Positions 38,187 through 54,719 of a stretch of DNA of 64,000 bases are shown here, piece after piece. Position 1 is the first letter of the stretch. Each line of letters begins with the position of its first letter. This DNA comes from the human T2T-CHM13v2.0 reference genome, Homo sapiens. Where the stretch lies: assembly GCF_009914755.1 (NCBI RefSeq), contig NC_060927.1. One strand, written 5' to 3'. The notes below the pieces were generated by a model. The model was not told the DNA's origin. It saw nothing but the letters and a program-made list of their open reading frames with translations, and did no database searches. The translations under genes were made by a program, and so were the position numbers.

Positions 38187-38409
38187 CTAGAATGCTTTGT
38201 CCTATCTGCCTTCTCTTTCTCTCCTCCCTTTCATGACTGAACTTCCAGAAAGCATCTGCCTTGCTTTCTGGACTTACTCACCATTCAATCTCCTGAACCC
38301 CCAGCAGTCTGATTTTTATCCCACTTTTACACTGAAATAGTTCTTGTCAAAATGCTCAGCAACTTCCTTGTCACATTCAATGCCAATCCTCTTTTCAGCA
38401 GGAGCTCTA

Positions 38410-39016
38410 AATAAGTATAGTTCCAACCAAGAACACAAGAACCATGCCAGATGTTTCAGATGGAAGAGAAGGAAACTATTTACAAAAATGGAAGAATTAA
38501 AATAACCTCAAGTCTATTGGAGTGTTCATTTTAAATGAGAGAATAGAACAACACGAATTATTAAGAAAAATTATCCAGGGCATGATCATGCAGTATCTTG
38601 CAAGTCATTTTTAGGAATTTGGGGTGTTTGAAAGGCTGAAGAAACAAGAGCAGAAATCAAGTTACCACAGGAAGTAACTTCAGGAAACTTTTACTATGTC
38701 TATGATAGGACAAAAAAGGCAATAGGTAGCTTCACCACCACTCAGGAGTGCGCTTACAGCTGACACTGGTGGAAAAAAAGTGCTGCTGCTGGTGAAACCT
38801 CTGTGTGGAAATTTCTGACATTGGGGGAGCCCATAGTGCCTGGTGGACCTTGTCACTGCTGCTGGAGGGATCACCAAAAAGAATGACCGTAAAAGATGAG
38901 TAGCTTGTCTCTTCTTTACATCTTTTAATATCCAGACAGCACTTCTCATTGCCGAAACCAAATTCACAAAGGAATCTGGAAAATGTAGTTTTAATTGGTC
39001 TAATTCTCTGCAGTAC
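38410..39016 (-). mobile_element. LTR33/LTR16-like ERVL LTR
   Basis: Minus strand TGTACTGCAGAGAATTAGACCAATTAAAACTACATTTTCCAGATTCC...; left boundary uncertain. Confidence 0.5.
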
Positions 39017-39079
39017 ACAGATGAGCTCAGAAGAAAGGAAATAAGTTAAGCACAAATAGATAAATGTCAAGCTGAACAT

Positions 39080-40465
39080 TCTAGTGACATTTGGTACAAA
39101 AATGCTTTTTCCTCCAACATCTCTGATCACTCCCTTCAATCTCCTTGCTAGAATACTCTTTCTCTTAAATGTTAATTATTAAATATTATGAAGATTATTA
39201 CATATATTACATATTAATATTATTTAAAGTCTTGTACTCTACTCTCTTCTGTTCTACTCAGTGGGTGATTTCATACACTCCATCTTGATCCCCCTGTTTC
39301 CAATTATGTTTTCTATAATGATGATTCCCCAAGCTCAAATTCTCCTATCTTCCCTGAGTTGTGAATCTAAGCCAAAGAAACTGCCCACTGGCAAACTGCA
39401 CTTGGATATACCATATGCATATAAAATTCAGAATTTTGGAAATAGAAGTCATCTTCTCCCCTCTCAATAATACACTTCATCCTTCATCAGTTATTCCACC
39501 TTGGCCAATGAATGACATCATAATCCAGGCAGAAACCCAGTAAAAGTTTTCTTTAATTCCTACATCTAATCAAAAAGTCATATCTACCCTCCATTTACTA
39601 ATGATTTTTCAAAATTGCCTCCTCTTAGCCAGCCACAGTGGTATGTGCCTGTAGTCCCAGCTACTCGGGAGGCTGAGACAGGAAGATTGCTTGAGCCTAG
39701 GAATTTGAATGCAGCCTGGGAAGCATAGCAAAATTTTGTCTTTAATAACTTTTTAAAATATTGCTTCCTTTTTCCAGAACACACTGATGTTTTTCTACTT
39801 CAAGTCATTATCTCCTTTGTAGTAACAATTAGGTTACCACCTCAGTAATAACAAGTTGTAGTAACAATTAGGTTCCTGTATCAGTCTCCTAACTGCTCTC
39901 ACCGTGTTCAATTCACACTGAAATTTGAGTGATTACTCTCATATCCAGACCTAAACACATCATTTTTTGCCTACAACCCCTACTAGGCCCTGCAACATTT
40001 CTCTCTCCTTATATTACCAACCCCATTTTATGCCATTCCCTGCCCTCTTTCGAGGTCAACACATTGATAAAATGGAATTAATTTCATTTCCTGCTTTCTC
40101 TCCTCCCTTGACCTTGGTGCATGCTGTTCCTTTCTTTTGCATGGCACACACTCCTCCTCCTCTTCTTTGCTTCAGTCCTCACCTTGCACCTTACCTGAAT
40201 ACTCCTACTAATTTTGTAGATCTCAAGATATCTTTTTCTTCGTCCAAGAAGACATCCTTGACTCCTGGTACTTCAAAAATCTTGATATATCATAACAGAA
40301 GGCATTTTATGCCTTAGGTACCTGCTCTCATCATCCCAATCTAAAATGTCAGCTCTTGGAGGGAGGGAGAAACTGTCAGTTCTTTTCCCTGGCATAATAC
40401 TTGGCACATACTAGGCATTCAATAAATATTTTTAAATCAATGAATGAATAAATGGTTGAATGAAG
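39080..40465 (+). mobile_element. L2 3' region with terminal (AATG)n
   Basis: GGTGATTTCATACACTCC...TGATTCCCAAGCTC...CTTGGATATACC...; ends TGGCACATACTAGGCATTCAATAAATATT...AATGAATGAATAAATG. Confidence 0.75.
39627..39745 (+). mobile_element. FLAM/FAM monomer
   Basis: GTGCCTGTAGTCCCAGCTACTCGGGAGGCTGAG...TTGCTTGAGCCTAGGAATTTGA...CAGCCTGGG. Confidence 0.8.
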
Positions 40466-42222
40466 ACATGTAGCTGGATGAAAACATGGACAATTTCCCA
40501 GCATCCATTAATACCTTTACCTTTTTCACCCTGAAATATTGCTTCAACAGAGATTGTTCATCATATTTTAGTCCACTCTATCTTCTTGGATACAACACAT
40601 GAATTACAAAAGGGTATATTCACTTTAACTTATTTTCTCGGTATTCCTTTTCTCCAGAGATCAATTGAGAAATTATATAAATGGTCAGTTGGGGAGGGTG
40701 TTATGACTGTTGAAAACTCGGTCTCCCTATGTGTAGTTCTTGACATCATTAAGAGTTTATTTATATTTGCAGTTCCCAAATTGCCCAGGACATAGTTGTA
40801 CCCCATTACTGTTTGGTGAATGAAATAATAAGGGAACACATAATCAATGAAAATTTGTGTTCTAATAAATAATACTTGGATGTAAATTTTGTTCAAGAAT
40901 CACTTTCTTAAAGGAAGTAAGACCAATATCAACCCGAGAAAGCAGGTCATTGGGTTTGGGAATTGTTGCAATTGCTCCATGAAAGCATGAGAGCACTGAG
41001 CTTGTGCAATTGCCCTGAAAAACCAATGATTCTTTGCAAATGTTCATGAGTTCACCAAACTATTAAGTTCTCACAGCTTGGATGCTTAAACCAAACAAAT
41101 TAACCAGGAAAAAAAAAGAATCTGTGAAAGCACTCTACTTCTAACATGTATTCCACTTTTTAAACTTGATTTGGGACTATCATAAGATACAAGTAGGCAT
41201 TCCTTAAGATGTCTCTTCCCATAAACCATAAAATGTGAACATAGAAAGGGGCCTTGAAATTTCTCCTATTTGATCCACCCCCACAACCCTATGGATTTAT
41301 ATTATAGGTAAGCAAATTGGAGCCCAGAAAAGCCAGGCGACTTTCTCAAAACCACACAATTCTTTCGATTACTGGGACTCCAATTTAAGTTTCCATGAAT
41401 AAAATGAGAGCAATAACTATTCTACACTGAGAACTTTTTATGTATTTGAAATTAGCTAAGTATTGTAGCATTTGGGTTTGGGAGTTGTAGCATAATTACA
41501 AATGTAATTATTCATACAAAGGCTGACTTCAACATAAATTTCTGCCAAGATTTATTGGCATACACTAGGTGGATGCTGAGCACTACTTTTAGTTATGAGG
41601 TTGAAGTGAAGCAGAATAAACTAAAAATAGTGTGTAAAACAAACTGTGAGAGCTACCTTGTCTCCTTATCTCTAGATTTTCAAATTACAGTGATGCATTT
41701 CATGATGATTCTATTTAGCCTTTTCCCTGATTGCCTACTGAGGAAACAAACAAACACACAAATGACACATGCACAAACAAAATTCACCTTGAAACTAGGT
41801 GATTGCTTTGGAAAAAAAAAATGAAACAATGTGAATGAACTGACCTAGGATAGTAAATTTTCAGGTGGTCATACTGCAAAACAGTGCCCAGTGAAGAGGC
41901 TGTGTATTTTCCAGCTCTTCCTATTTCTATCCAATTTTTCTGTAAGGACTGCTGTGCATGGTATCTGCGGTTGACCTACATAGTGCTCCACCAGATGCTA
42001 AAGTGTCAGTTGGACAGCCACAAACTGCAGTGAAGGCAGGAATAAATGTGTTTATTAGCATCCCCATTTACTGCCATCCAAAATACTCACATGAAAACAC
42101 CCACCATACTCCCAACCCACCCCTCCATCTGCACGCTGGCTGGCAAAGGAAAAATGCAAACTGAAAACTCTCTTTGAGGCCCTGTTTGCATCCAGCTTTC
42201 TGAGTAAAAATGCTGGTTCTTG

Positions 42223-42588
42223 TGCTATGGTTTGAATGCTTGTGTCCCCGCAAATGCCTATGCTGAAACCTAATTCACAAGGTAATGTTATTAAGAGGTT
42301 GGGCATTTGGGGAGTTGATTAGGTCATGAGAGCTCAGCCCTCATGAATGGGACTAGTGCCATTATAAAAGAGGTCCAAAGGAGCTCCTTTGCCCTTTTCA
42401 CCATGTGATGACACAGCTAGAAGTCCCATATATGAATCAGGAAACTGATGCTTACCAAACACCAAATCTACTAGCACCTTGATCTTGGATTTCTCAGCCT
42501 ACGGAAACTATGAGAAATAAATTTCTATTGTTTTTAAGCTGCCTATTTTATGGTATTATTTTTATAGCAGCCAGAATGAACTAAGACG
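42223..42588 (+). mobile_element. MSTD/MLT1A0-type solo LTR
   Basis: TGCTATGGTTTGAATG...CCCTCATGAATGGGA...ATAGCAGCCAGAATGAACTAAGACG; TSD TCTTG / TCCTG. Confidence 0.87.
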
Positions 42589-45391
42589 TCCTGGGAGGGA
42601 CATCTCAATTCCAGGGAAGTGTCAAACAATGCTGTGCAATGTAGCCAGGCTTCTACGGCAGAGACATGGAGCCCTGAACTCTCCTAAGAAGGTGAATGTG
42701 TCCCCTCATGAAGTGCAGCTAATGGGACCAATGCAGTGGAGCAGCTACTGTGAGTGTTTCCCAGCCTGCAGTCACACAGAACCCCCATCTAGTGCACGCT
42801 GGATATTTTTAATTCATCCACTCTAATTGTGATAGATTGGAAGAAGATGCAAAGTACTCTCCCTTTGTCAGAAAAGCCTTGGTGGTCATCAAGGTTTCTA
42901 TCACCCAAGGTTACAACCATTTCAAGAAAATGGAAACCATGGACGATTTCTACTGAGTACAAGTACGGGGGCTTATCTTTGGCACAGGAGCTTATATGTT
43001 TTGTGTAAAATATTCAGATCTCAAACACTCTTCATTTTCTAATAAATAGAAATAGTTCATGGATCAGATATCTTTTATTAGCCAACATCTGAGTGAGTAA
43101 TTCTAGAGGATAATAACCAAAATGATGTGTGTTGTCCATTTCAAAGAGATAATATCTTCTAGCAAAAATAGGCCATTATGTAATATTTGGCCACATTGAT
43201 TGAATAATTGGACACACTTTTATTTGTTCACAAAAGGCCTCTCAAAGGATTTCTAAATGTCCAAAATAGACAAATTCCTCTTCATCAATAAAACCTTGAG
43301 TATAAGTCGGTTTGGTCTAATAGTCACCTTAGCTATAAACTATATAGACTTGGAAAACGTATTCTGTGTCCTGATGCGGGTCCACAATTGTCCTCTGGAG
43401 CTTCTGGAATCTCAGGAAAAGATCCAGTCACACAGGCCTGGTGGCAGAGACTGTAAAAATAGATGATCTTCTGCCATTCTCCCTAAGTGACCCTAAACAG
43501 TGTATTTTGTAATGATCTTTTTTAGCTATGAGATTGGTGAGTTGAAATCATTAATTTGATGCCATTTAATTCAACAAGTGTTTATTAAACAATTAATTTC
43601 TTTCATTATATATAGAATATTTAAGACAGAATCTTTTTCAACTTCCTAGATAATTTAAAATGCAATTGAAATAGTTAAAAACAATATGAGATGGTCATGC
43701 TGAAGACAGGAAGAGCACAAAACCAGATTAAAAAAAAAAACAGAGAAATGGCCAGAGCCATTGGAAGGGTTTTATTTAGAAAGAGAATAGGGCTGGCATG
43801 TGGAAAAATGAAGGCACTTTCAATAAGCAGAGACAGGAAGCGAGAGAGTTAATAAATGAAGTAGTGTACTGTCAAATAAAATTGGGCCTAGAGTGAGCAG
43901 AGAACAGTAATCTATAGAGAACTTTGTTAGTAAGTCATGGAAACAGAGTTGGGTAGGTATTTTGGGCCTGTTCACAAGAAGGGAAGAATAGATTCTTAAG
44001 TAGCTGAATGCTAAAAGCTATTATTTGGGAATAATTACTCTAAAATTCCTTTGAAATTGCTTTTGAAAGACTTTCTCTAATGTAGATTATAGCGTATTGA
44101 GATAAAATATGACTGTATCCTGCCACTTTACTGAAAATTCATTGTTTCTCTTCCAGTTCTAGTTCTTTCTTGAAGCCACTCATGCATAAGAGGTATGAGA
44201 AGTCATATTTGAGTTAGAGCCAGATGAAAACCTCAAGAATTACCAGTTATTCCACTGAAGTAAAGCACTGTTTCCAGAGGACTTCCATTTGAAGGAAAAC
44301 ATGCTTCTTCCTTCATTCAGTGCACACTTATTGGATGCCTTCTCTGAGCCTTGTGCTGAGCCACAAGAGCTAAAGCATAAACCCACCAGGAACTAACAAT
44401 ACCTAACATAAGTTGATTTTTTTTCAGAGTGCATTGATCACAGTAGATCATAGTCAAGCATTATCTTCATAGAATAGAACTTGATGTCTGTAGGTGTAAT
44501 TTCTGAGTGGTTGATAAAGGTCTCCTGCTAAGGTGCTAGTAACCAGGAAGGAATTGGAGGGTTGGTGGGTACTGTGGGTACAGCACGGGACCTAGGCTAA
44601 TTGGGACAGTAGAAAAAGGCACCTAAAGAAAACTATTTCTGATTTTGTGTTTGGCCTGAGACTGAGCCTGCTCTCTGTATTGTAAAGGAATGGTACATTA
44701 TTTCTTACATCTGGTTCAAGGCCCAACTGCAGAGGGTGTATACATACATCCTGAACATTCCAGAGGGACTTATCTGACAGTAGAACCAGTAAATGTTACA
44801 TTTCTAGAGATTAGAACATCCTAAAATTGCACACAGCTGGCAGTAAACTTGGGAGAACCGCTTTTTTGTGTGGTCAGGACAGTTTACCCTTCCCTGATAG
44901 AACAAAAATTAGTCAAAGGGAAGTATGGGTAAAAGGAAAGGGAAAACTTTCCTTTCCTCTAGGTTTTCATTGCCAAAAAGGAAGTATCGAAATAATTTCA
45001 GTTGGCTGATGAATGGTAAAATATTCCAGGCAGGGAGCTGCACAGCTCAAAGAGAATTAATTTTATAGTTTTCTGCCAATTTTTCATTTCCCACCTCTCC
45101 CCCATAGAAATGCGGTGTCTTAGTTACACACTAGATGAATAAAATGAGCACATAGCCTACTGTTCAGAGCTGGGATTGTGGTCATCTTCTGCCCTGGAAG
45201 ATAGGCAAGGACTAATTAGGCATGTGTCTCTTCCCATCAAGTTTTGACAACCTGGAAGTTTGGTGGTAGCATAAGGGGAGGCCTGCTGACAGGGCTCTTT
45301 GGTAGAAGGGACTGTTTAAGAGGCTGGGAGCCTTAACAAATAGGCATCTGGCATTATTTGTCCTGTCGTTTATTTCCTGGATCTCCTACAT

Positions 45392-45582
45392 TAGTGCTAT
45401 TCCAATCTGGCTGATGATTTGATTCATTGGGGAAACTTTCTTTTTTAAAATGTGTGTGGTCTCAACCTCCACTTTGAACTGTAGTGAATAGGAATTTCTC
45501 GGGATGGGTATCAATAATCTACATTTTCAAATATGCTTTTCAAGTGTTTCTAATGACCATCCACATTTTGCATCCATAATTT
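45392..45582. mobile_element. MER5-like hAT MITE
   Basis: TAGTGCTATTCCAATCTGGCTG...ATTCATTGGGGAAACTT...GAATTTCTCGGGATGGG...AATCTACATTTTCAAATATG...GTGTTTCTAATG. Confidence 0.55.
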
Positions 45583-46588
45583 GAGATGACCATAAGGTTT
45601 TAACTGAAAAATGAGTGGGCTGGGGGAGAACTTATTCAATGTAAAGCCATGGAAGAAGAAATGCTTCTCTGTTGCTTTATGCACATCTGGAAGATTGTAG
45701 AGCAAAGACAGTCCGTTTTTTTATGAAAATGTATTAAGGTAATAGAATTTTAACATTAAACAGAATTGAGTAAGCCCAATTATTATCTTAAAGTCAGAAT
45801 GGTTTCAACGTGCAGACAGAGGCATGGTGCCTTTGTTGTTGCATCTTCCTTGGGACTAATTTAATGAGTTCCATACATTACTCTGCATTAAAAACGTATG
45901 CATAACATTGTGTTCGCTACACTCCATAGGGTTTTGCGCAATATTTACAAAGTGAATTTAACTATATTTAATTATAATCTAGAGTGGATTTTAGAACCTA
46001 ATCCTTTCATAAAATGCTACTCAACATTTTGACCTCCAAAATATTTGATTTCAGATGTCTTCACAGGTGAAGATATATTCCTCTTTACTGAATACATTAA
46101 AAAACACTCTCCAAAATCATGTTGACTGTTTTGTTTCCATAGCCACTAGATAATTGAACTCATATTCTATAGATGATGACTACTTGACTGAGAAGAATTT
46201 TAAAAATTGACGATACCTTTGTGTAAATTTGTACAGATATGATGGGAATAGACAATGCATAGTTCTGAGCATAGGCTCTTTTTTTTGTCCATTTTTACAC
46301 AAAAGGATACAACCAACACCAGTAGTTAGTATATGGGATAACCTTTTGAGAATAATGAAAGCAACAAAGAGTATTTTTTAAGTAAGTCTAGAGCTTAGCT
46401 TTCTCACCTTTAAAGTGACAGACTGGCCCAGGCGATACTTCCTTAAATACACGAGCCTAGCTTCATCACTCTGTGCTTCTGCTAGTCTCAGAGATGACTG
46501 AGTCAGAAAAGAAGATTAAGGGCTAACTACCATTTAACAGGATGAGAGTTTCACCATAACTTTGGTTGTTCTGTTCAAAAAGCACTAT

Positions 46589-46700
46589 AGCCAGGCATGG
46601 TGACATGTGCCTGTAATTACATCCTCTCAGGAGGCTGAGGCAGGAGGATTGCGTGAGCCCAGGACAATAGTGAGACCCTATCTCAAAAAAAAAAAAAAAA
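46589..46700 (+). mobile_element. FLAM-type Alu monomer with internal deletion
   Basis: AGCCAGGCATGGTG...GGAGGCTGAGGCAGGAGGATTG...GAGACCCTATCTC-A16; TSD AAAAGCACTAT / AAAAGCATTAT. Confidence 0.85.
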
Positions 46701-49700
46701 TGGAAAAGCATTATTGCATTAATCCCAGTGCAAATATTATGTGTTAAGTGACTTTTCCTACCTTTGCCCCTAACCCTCATCATAGCTTATCTTCCCCCAA
46801 CCCCACAACCCAAGGATTCAGTAGTACACACAGCCAGGATTATAATTAATAATGGAAAACCAGTGCATATTCAGGTGTCGAGACTGTCTACACAAGGAGG
46901 ACTGAAACTCACATATTGAGAAATCAGTGCTTATTTAGCAGAAGCCGGAGTTTTCTGGCCCTGGGCTGTTTCAAGGCCAGGTAGCAGCTACCTCTCAATT
47001 CCTGGCAGAAAGCACAGGAACCCCAGAATTTTGAAGTCTTCTGGAGAAGAGACTATTTCTTCATGTTCTCCTTGCTAGATATGAGGTATTAAAGGTAAAG
47101 GAGAAGAGAAAACAAATTAAGAAAGTATGACCAACAAGATATATTTAGTTGTTCTTGACAATAAATGATGAGATCTTGAATACGAATGGGCTAAGCCTGA
47201 CATGATAATATCACTGTAGTTTTTAAAAATGATGAATCTAATATTAGTTGTTACATAGGTTGAAGCCAGAGAGAGAAGATGTTAGATAGGAAACAGGAAA
47301 ATATGTATCAAATACTGGAAAGAAGAAAAAGAATCATATAGCAGTCACTAAGATAAAAAGAGAGAAAGAACATCCAAAGTCCTTCCTACTTTTCCAATTA
47401 TTGCACCTAAACACAAATGTACAGTTTTACCTTTTATTGTCTGTTCACTAATATGTTCTTTTTGCTTCCTCATAAACACTGCCCATGTATTTCATCCCCT
47501 GCTCATTTCATGATATCTTCATTTTTACTTTCTTGACTTCCAAGACTGAAGTCAGCAACTCTCGGCATGAATGTCTCTATTACAGAGCCCCATGTGCTAG
47601 GAATGACCCCTGGTGCCCAGAAACCATGTCTACACTGCTTCACCCTGCTCCCTTGGTCATCGCCAAAGAAACGAGAAATTAGACATTGGTTCAATTGGAA
47701 CACTCAGATTTTTGTCGCAAATTTACAGCTAGACATTGTCAATAACACTAAGGAGGCTTATAGTTATCGTATACTTGGTGTCTATTCCATAGAACATGTT
47801 CTTAATGAGGCATTGTTATTACCAGATAGATTTCATAACAAATGCCAAAATGTATGTAATGGGGGAGAGAGATGTCAGTAAGCAAGATTATGTGATGGGA
47901 GGGCTACAACCAGAAGTGATTTTGATTCTATATTATGCAAATATTTAAAATTTTGTCTTGGAAAAATTATGGAAAGTTTTTAGACTTCTGCTTTATTTCT
48001 GTATTAAAAAGTGAGTTTAATCCTGGAGTTCTTATATCACTGTTTCTACTTTTTGAATAGGGACTATTAAGGAAACTATACCTAATCAAATTTTTTTTAT
48101 ATATTATATGCATAAAATTATATTGAGGTTTCAATTTAAAAGTGTCCTTAATAAGAAGCACTACATGTTCCGTTTCCTTTCAAGTTCATAGATTTCACAA
48201 AAGGAAAGTTCTGTTTTGATTCCAGCATCCACTCCTGTTAAAGACATGAAAGGCTTCCCAGAATATTATCTGCTAGTTCTTCAGTTAGGAAAATAAAACC
48301 CTTCACCTCCTTATGTTTAACAAAACCAAGCAATTTCAAAATCAGTTCTCTAGTTCCCGTCATAGAAACAATTTCTTTAATTTGGGTTTGCCATGTCATA
48401 GCTTCTGCTTATTAGTCCATTATTTTTACCCTGTGTTTCAGAGAAGAAACTAATCCACTAGGTCTTTTAATGAGTTTCTAGAATTATCTGAGATGGAGAT
48501 AATTCTCTGAGGTTAAATAACTAAAATAGTGATTGACCTTCGTCTTCTTCTCAAATTCAAATATAATTAATTCCTCAGCTACCTACACCTAGGTTGCTCT
48601 AAAGAGATTCATATACTTCTGACCTTGGTCCAGACTTTATCTCTTTTGCATTAATTGACTAAGAATGTTGTCCACTTGGGGAACACTATCACCCAAAGTG
48701 AAGTTGATTCGTATATGCATACATTGCAAACTTTTAAAAAAACAGATTGGAATAAATTCAAGGTTATACGCATGAAGGAAACTACCTTTACTATCTATAT
48801 AGTTTACATACAGTGTGTTTTATTACATTTTTGAGTGCGCAATTTAATTGTTTGAAAGACTCTACTAGAGTTTTTGTTTATATTTTATCCACAATCACAA
48901 TTGTAAAGATTTCTGAGTTTCCTTTTAAGTAGCTTGATTATGGCTCTGTGTACCAAAAAGTAGACATAAATTATAGAAGTATTTTTACTAAAAATGAGCA
49001 AATTATTTTTCCATAATTTTCACAAATACAGAACTCAAATAAAATAAATGGACATTAAACAGAAACTGTTAAAGAAAAATGCATTGAAAGAAAATTGCTT
49101 GTGTGTATGTGTTTGAATTCTAGTTTTAAAAAGAAAACTAAAAGAAATATAATCACAGTATGGGAAATTTACAAAGCAGTGATATGATGAAATATGTTAA
49201 TTGATTTTCAAATCTTGAACTAGCCTAGAAAACCCAGGATAAATACTACTTGGTTGTGGTATATAATTCCTTCTATACATTGTTGAATTAAGCTTGCTAA
49301 TATTTGGTTGAGGACTTTTACATCTATGTTTATGGGAGACGTTGGTCTGTAACATTCTTTTCTTATAATGTTTTTGTCTGGCATGATATTAGGGTGATGC
49401 TGGCCTTATAGAATGAGTTACAAGCAGGTCTTCTGCTCCTATATTCTGAGAGATATTGTAGAGAATTGGTATAATTTCTTCCTTAAATGTTTGGTAGAAT
49501 TCACCAGTGAGCCCTCCAATTTGGGCGTTTTCTGTGTTAGAAGGCTGTTAACTATTGATTCAACTTTTTAAGTAGATATAGGTCCATTCAGATTGTCTAT
49601 TTCTTCTTGTGTGAGTTTTGGCAGATTGTGTCTTTTAAGTAATTTGTTCATTTCATATACGTTACCAAATTAATGTGCAAGAGTTGCTCATCGTATTCCT

Positions 49701-49989
49701 TATTTATCCTTTTAATGTTCATGGGATCTGTAGTGATGTTTTCTCTTTCATTTCTGATATTAGTCATTTGCTTTCTCTTCTTTTTTTTCTTAGCCTGTTT
49801 AATAGCTTATCAATTTTATTGCTTATTTTAAAGAACCAGCTTTTACTTCCACTAATTATTCCTACTGATTTCCTGTTTTCAAAATTGCTTTTATTTCTTT
49901 TATTCTACTTACCTTGTATTTCATTGACTCCATTTTTCTAGTGTCCTAAGATGGAAACTTAGATGATTGATTTTAGATCTTTCTCCTTT

Positions 49990-52695
<2,706 letters not shown>

Positions 52696-53911
52696 TATGA
52701 AGTCAATATTATAAATTCCCCACTAATTACTGCATTCACTGAATTTCCCAAATTTTGATGTTAGGTTTTCATTTTTATTTGGTTAAATTTTTTAAAATTT
52801 CTCCTGAGATGTCTTCTTTGATCAATGTATTTTTTAAAAGTGTGTTGTTAAATCTTCAAGTATTTTGGGATTTTTCAGCTATCTTTCTGTTACTGATTTC
52901 TAGCTTAATTTCATCAAGGTCTGAGAGAAGACACTGTATAGCTTCTATTCTTTTAAATTTGTTAAGGTGTGTTTTATATTCCAAAATGTAATCTTTCCTG
53001 GTGAATGTTCCATGTGAGCTTGAGAAGATTGTTTATTCTGCTGTTATTGGAAGAAGCACTCTATAGCTATCCATTATATCCAGTTGATTGATGGTATTGA
53101 GTTCAACTAAGTCCTTACTGCTTTTCTGCCCTCTGGATCTGTCCATTTCTGTTAACTGGGTATTAAAGTCTCCAACTATAATAGCAGACTCATCCAATTT
53201 TCCTTGTAGTCCTATCAGTTTTTGCCTCATATATTTTGATGTTCTGTTGTTAGTCACATACTCATTGACACTTGCTGTCTTTTTGAAGAATTAATCCTTT
53301 TATAATTAAGTAATATTCTTTATCCCTGATAACTTCCTTACTCTGAAGTCTGCCATCTCTGAAATTAGCATAGCTACTCCTGCTTTTCTTTGATTAGTGT
53401 TAGCATCATATACCTACCTCTATTCATTTACTTTTCATTTCTATGTCTTTATATATTCAGTGGGTTTTTTTTTTGCAGGCATCATATAATTGAGTCTTGT
53501 TTTTTGATCCACTCAACATTTCTAGAGTTGGTACATTTAGAGAACTGGTGTTCAAAGTGATTACTGTTATATTAAGATTTATATCTTCCATGTTTGTTAC
53601 TATTTTCTTCCCCTTTTTCTGTTCCTATTTTTGTCTTTTGCTCTTTTTATGCCTTTTGTGGTTTCAATTAAGCATTATATATGTTACTATTTTCTCTCCT
53701 TTCTTAGTATATGAGTCGTACTTTGTTTTTTTTTACTTTTTTAGTGTTGCTTTAGTTTGCAATATACATTTACAACTAATCCAAGTCAATTTTCAAATAA
53801 CGTTATACCACTTCACAGGTAATATGACTTTCTTATAATAAAAGAATTCTAATTTTTCTCTCCCATCCCTTACAGAATTGGTGTCATTCATTTCACATAT
53901 ATAAGCATATA

Positions 53912-54252
53912 TATTCATGTGTTGCTTAATGATGGGGATGCGTTCTGAGAAATGTGTCATTAGGTGATTTTTCCATTGTGTGAACATCAGAGTGTACTTA
54001 CACAAACCTAGATGGTAAGGCCTACTACACACAGGTTATATGGCATAACCTATTGCTCCTAGACTAAAAACTTATACAGCCATGTTACTATACTGAATAC
54101 TGTAGGCAATTGTGACACAATGGTATTTGTTTATCTAAACATATAGAAATATAGCAAAGGTGTAGTAAAAATATGGTATTATAATTTTATGCAAACATCA
54201 TTGTATATGCAGTTTATCCTTGACCAAAACATCATTATGTAGTACATGAATT
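53912..54252. mobile_element. Tigger3a (MER7A)
   Basis: CATGTGTTGCTTAATGATGGGGATGCGTTCTGAGAAATGTGTCATTAGGTGATT...ACACAAACCTAGATGG...TTGACCAAAACATCATTATGTAGTACATGA. Confidence 0.88.
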
Positions 54253-54315
54253 TATTATATATATATTTATATGTATGTTACATATGTTATATATTTATAT
54301 ATACACACAGAGGAG

Positions 54316-54316
<1 letters not shown>

Positions 54317-54348
<32 letters not shown>
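54317..54348 (+). repeat. (TG)16 microsatellite after a TA-rich tract
   Basis: Direct read. Confidence 0.95.
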
Positions 54349-54353
<5 letters not shown>

Positions 54354-54392
54354 ATCATCTTAGGCTAGAATTTTTATTAAAAAGAAGCCATT

Positions 54393-54671
54393 GGCCAGGT
54401 GCGGTGGCTCACGCCTGTAATCCCAGCACTTTGGGAGGCTGAGGCCGGTGGATCACGAGGTCAGGAGATCGAAACCATCTGGCTAACATGGTGAAACCCC
54501 GTCTCTACTAAAAATACAAAAAATTAGCCGGGCGTGGTGGCGGGCGCCTGTGATCCCAGCTACTTGGGAAGCTGGGGCAGGAGAATGGCGTGAAACCGGG
54601 AGGCAGAGTTTGCAGTGAGCCTAGATTGCACCACTGCGCTCCAGCCTGGACGACAGAGTGAAACTCCATCT

Positions 54672-54697
<26 letters not shown>
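54393..54697 (+). mobile_element. AluY
   Basis: GATCACGAGGTCAGGAGATCG and GAATGGCGTGAA diagnostics; long poly(A); TSD AAAAAGAAGCCATT. Confidence 0.95.
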
Positions 54698-54704
<7 letters not shown>

Positions 54705-54719
54705 AGCCATTGTGTCTAT

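Noticed and set aside
39817-39874. CRISPR-like repeat-spacer-repeat
   Set aside because: Only two 19-bp copies in mammalian DNA, with no cas genes.
41860-42800. GC-richer flanks around the MSTD/MLT1A LTR, possibly another old element
   Set aside because: I could not assign a family or termini with confidence.
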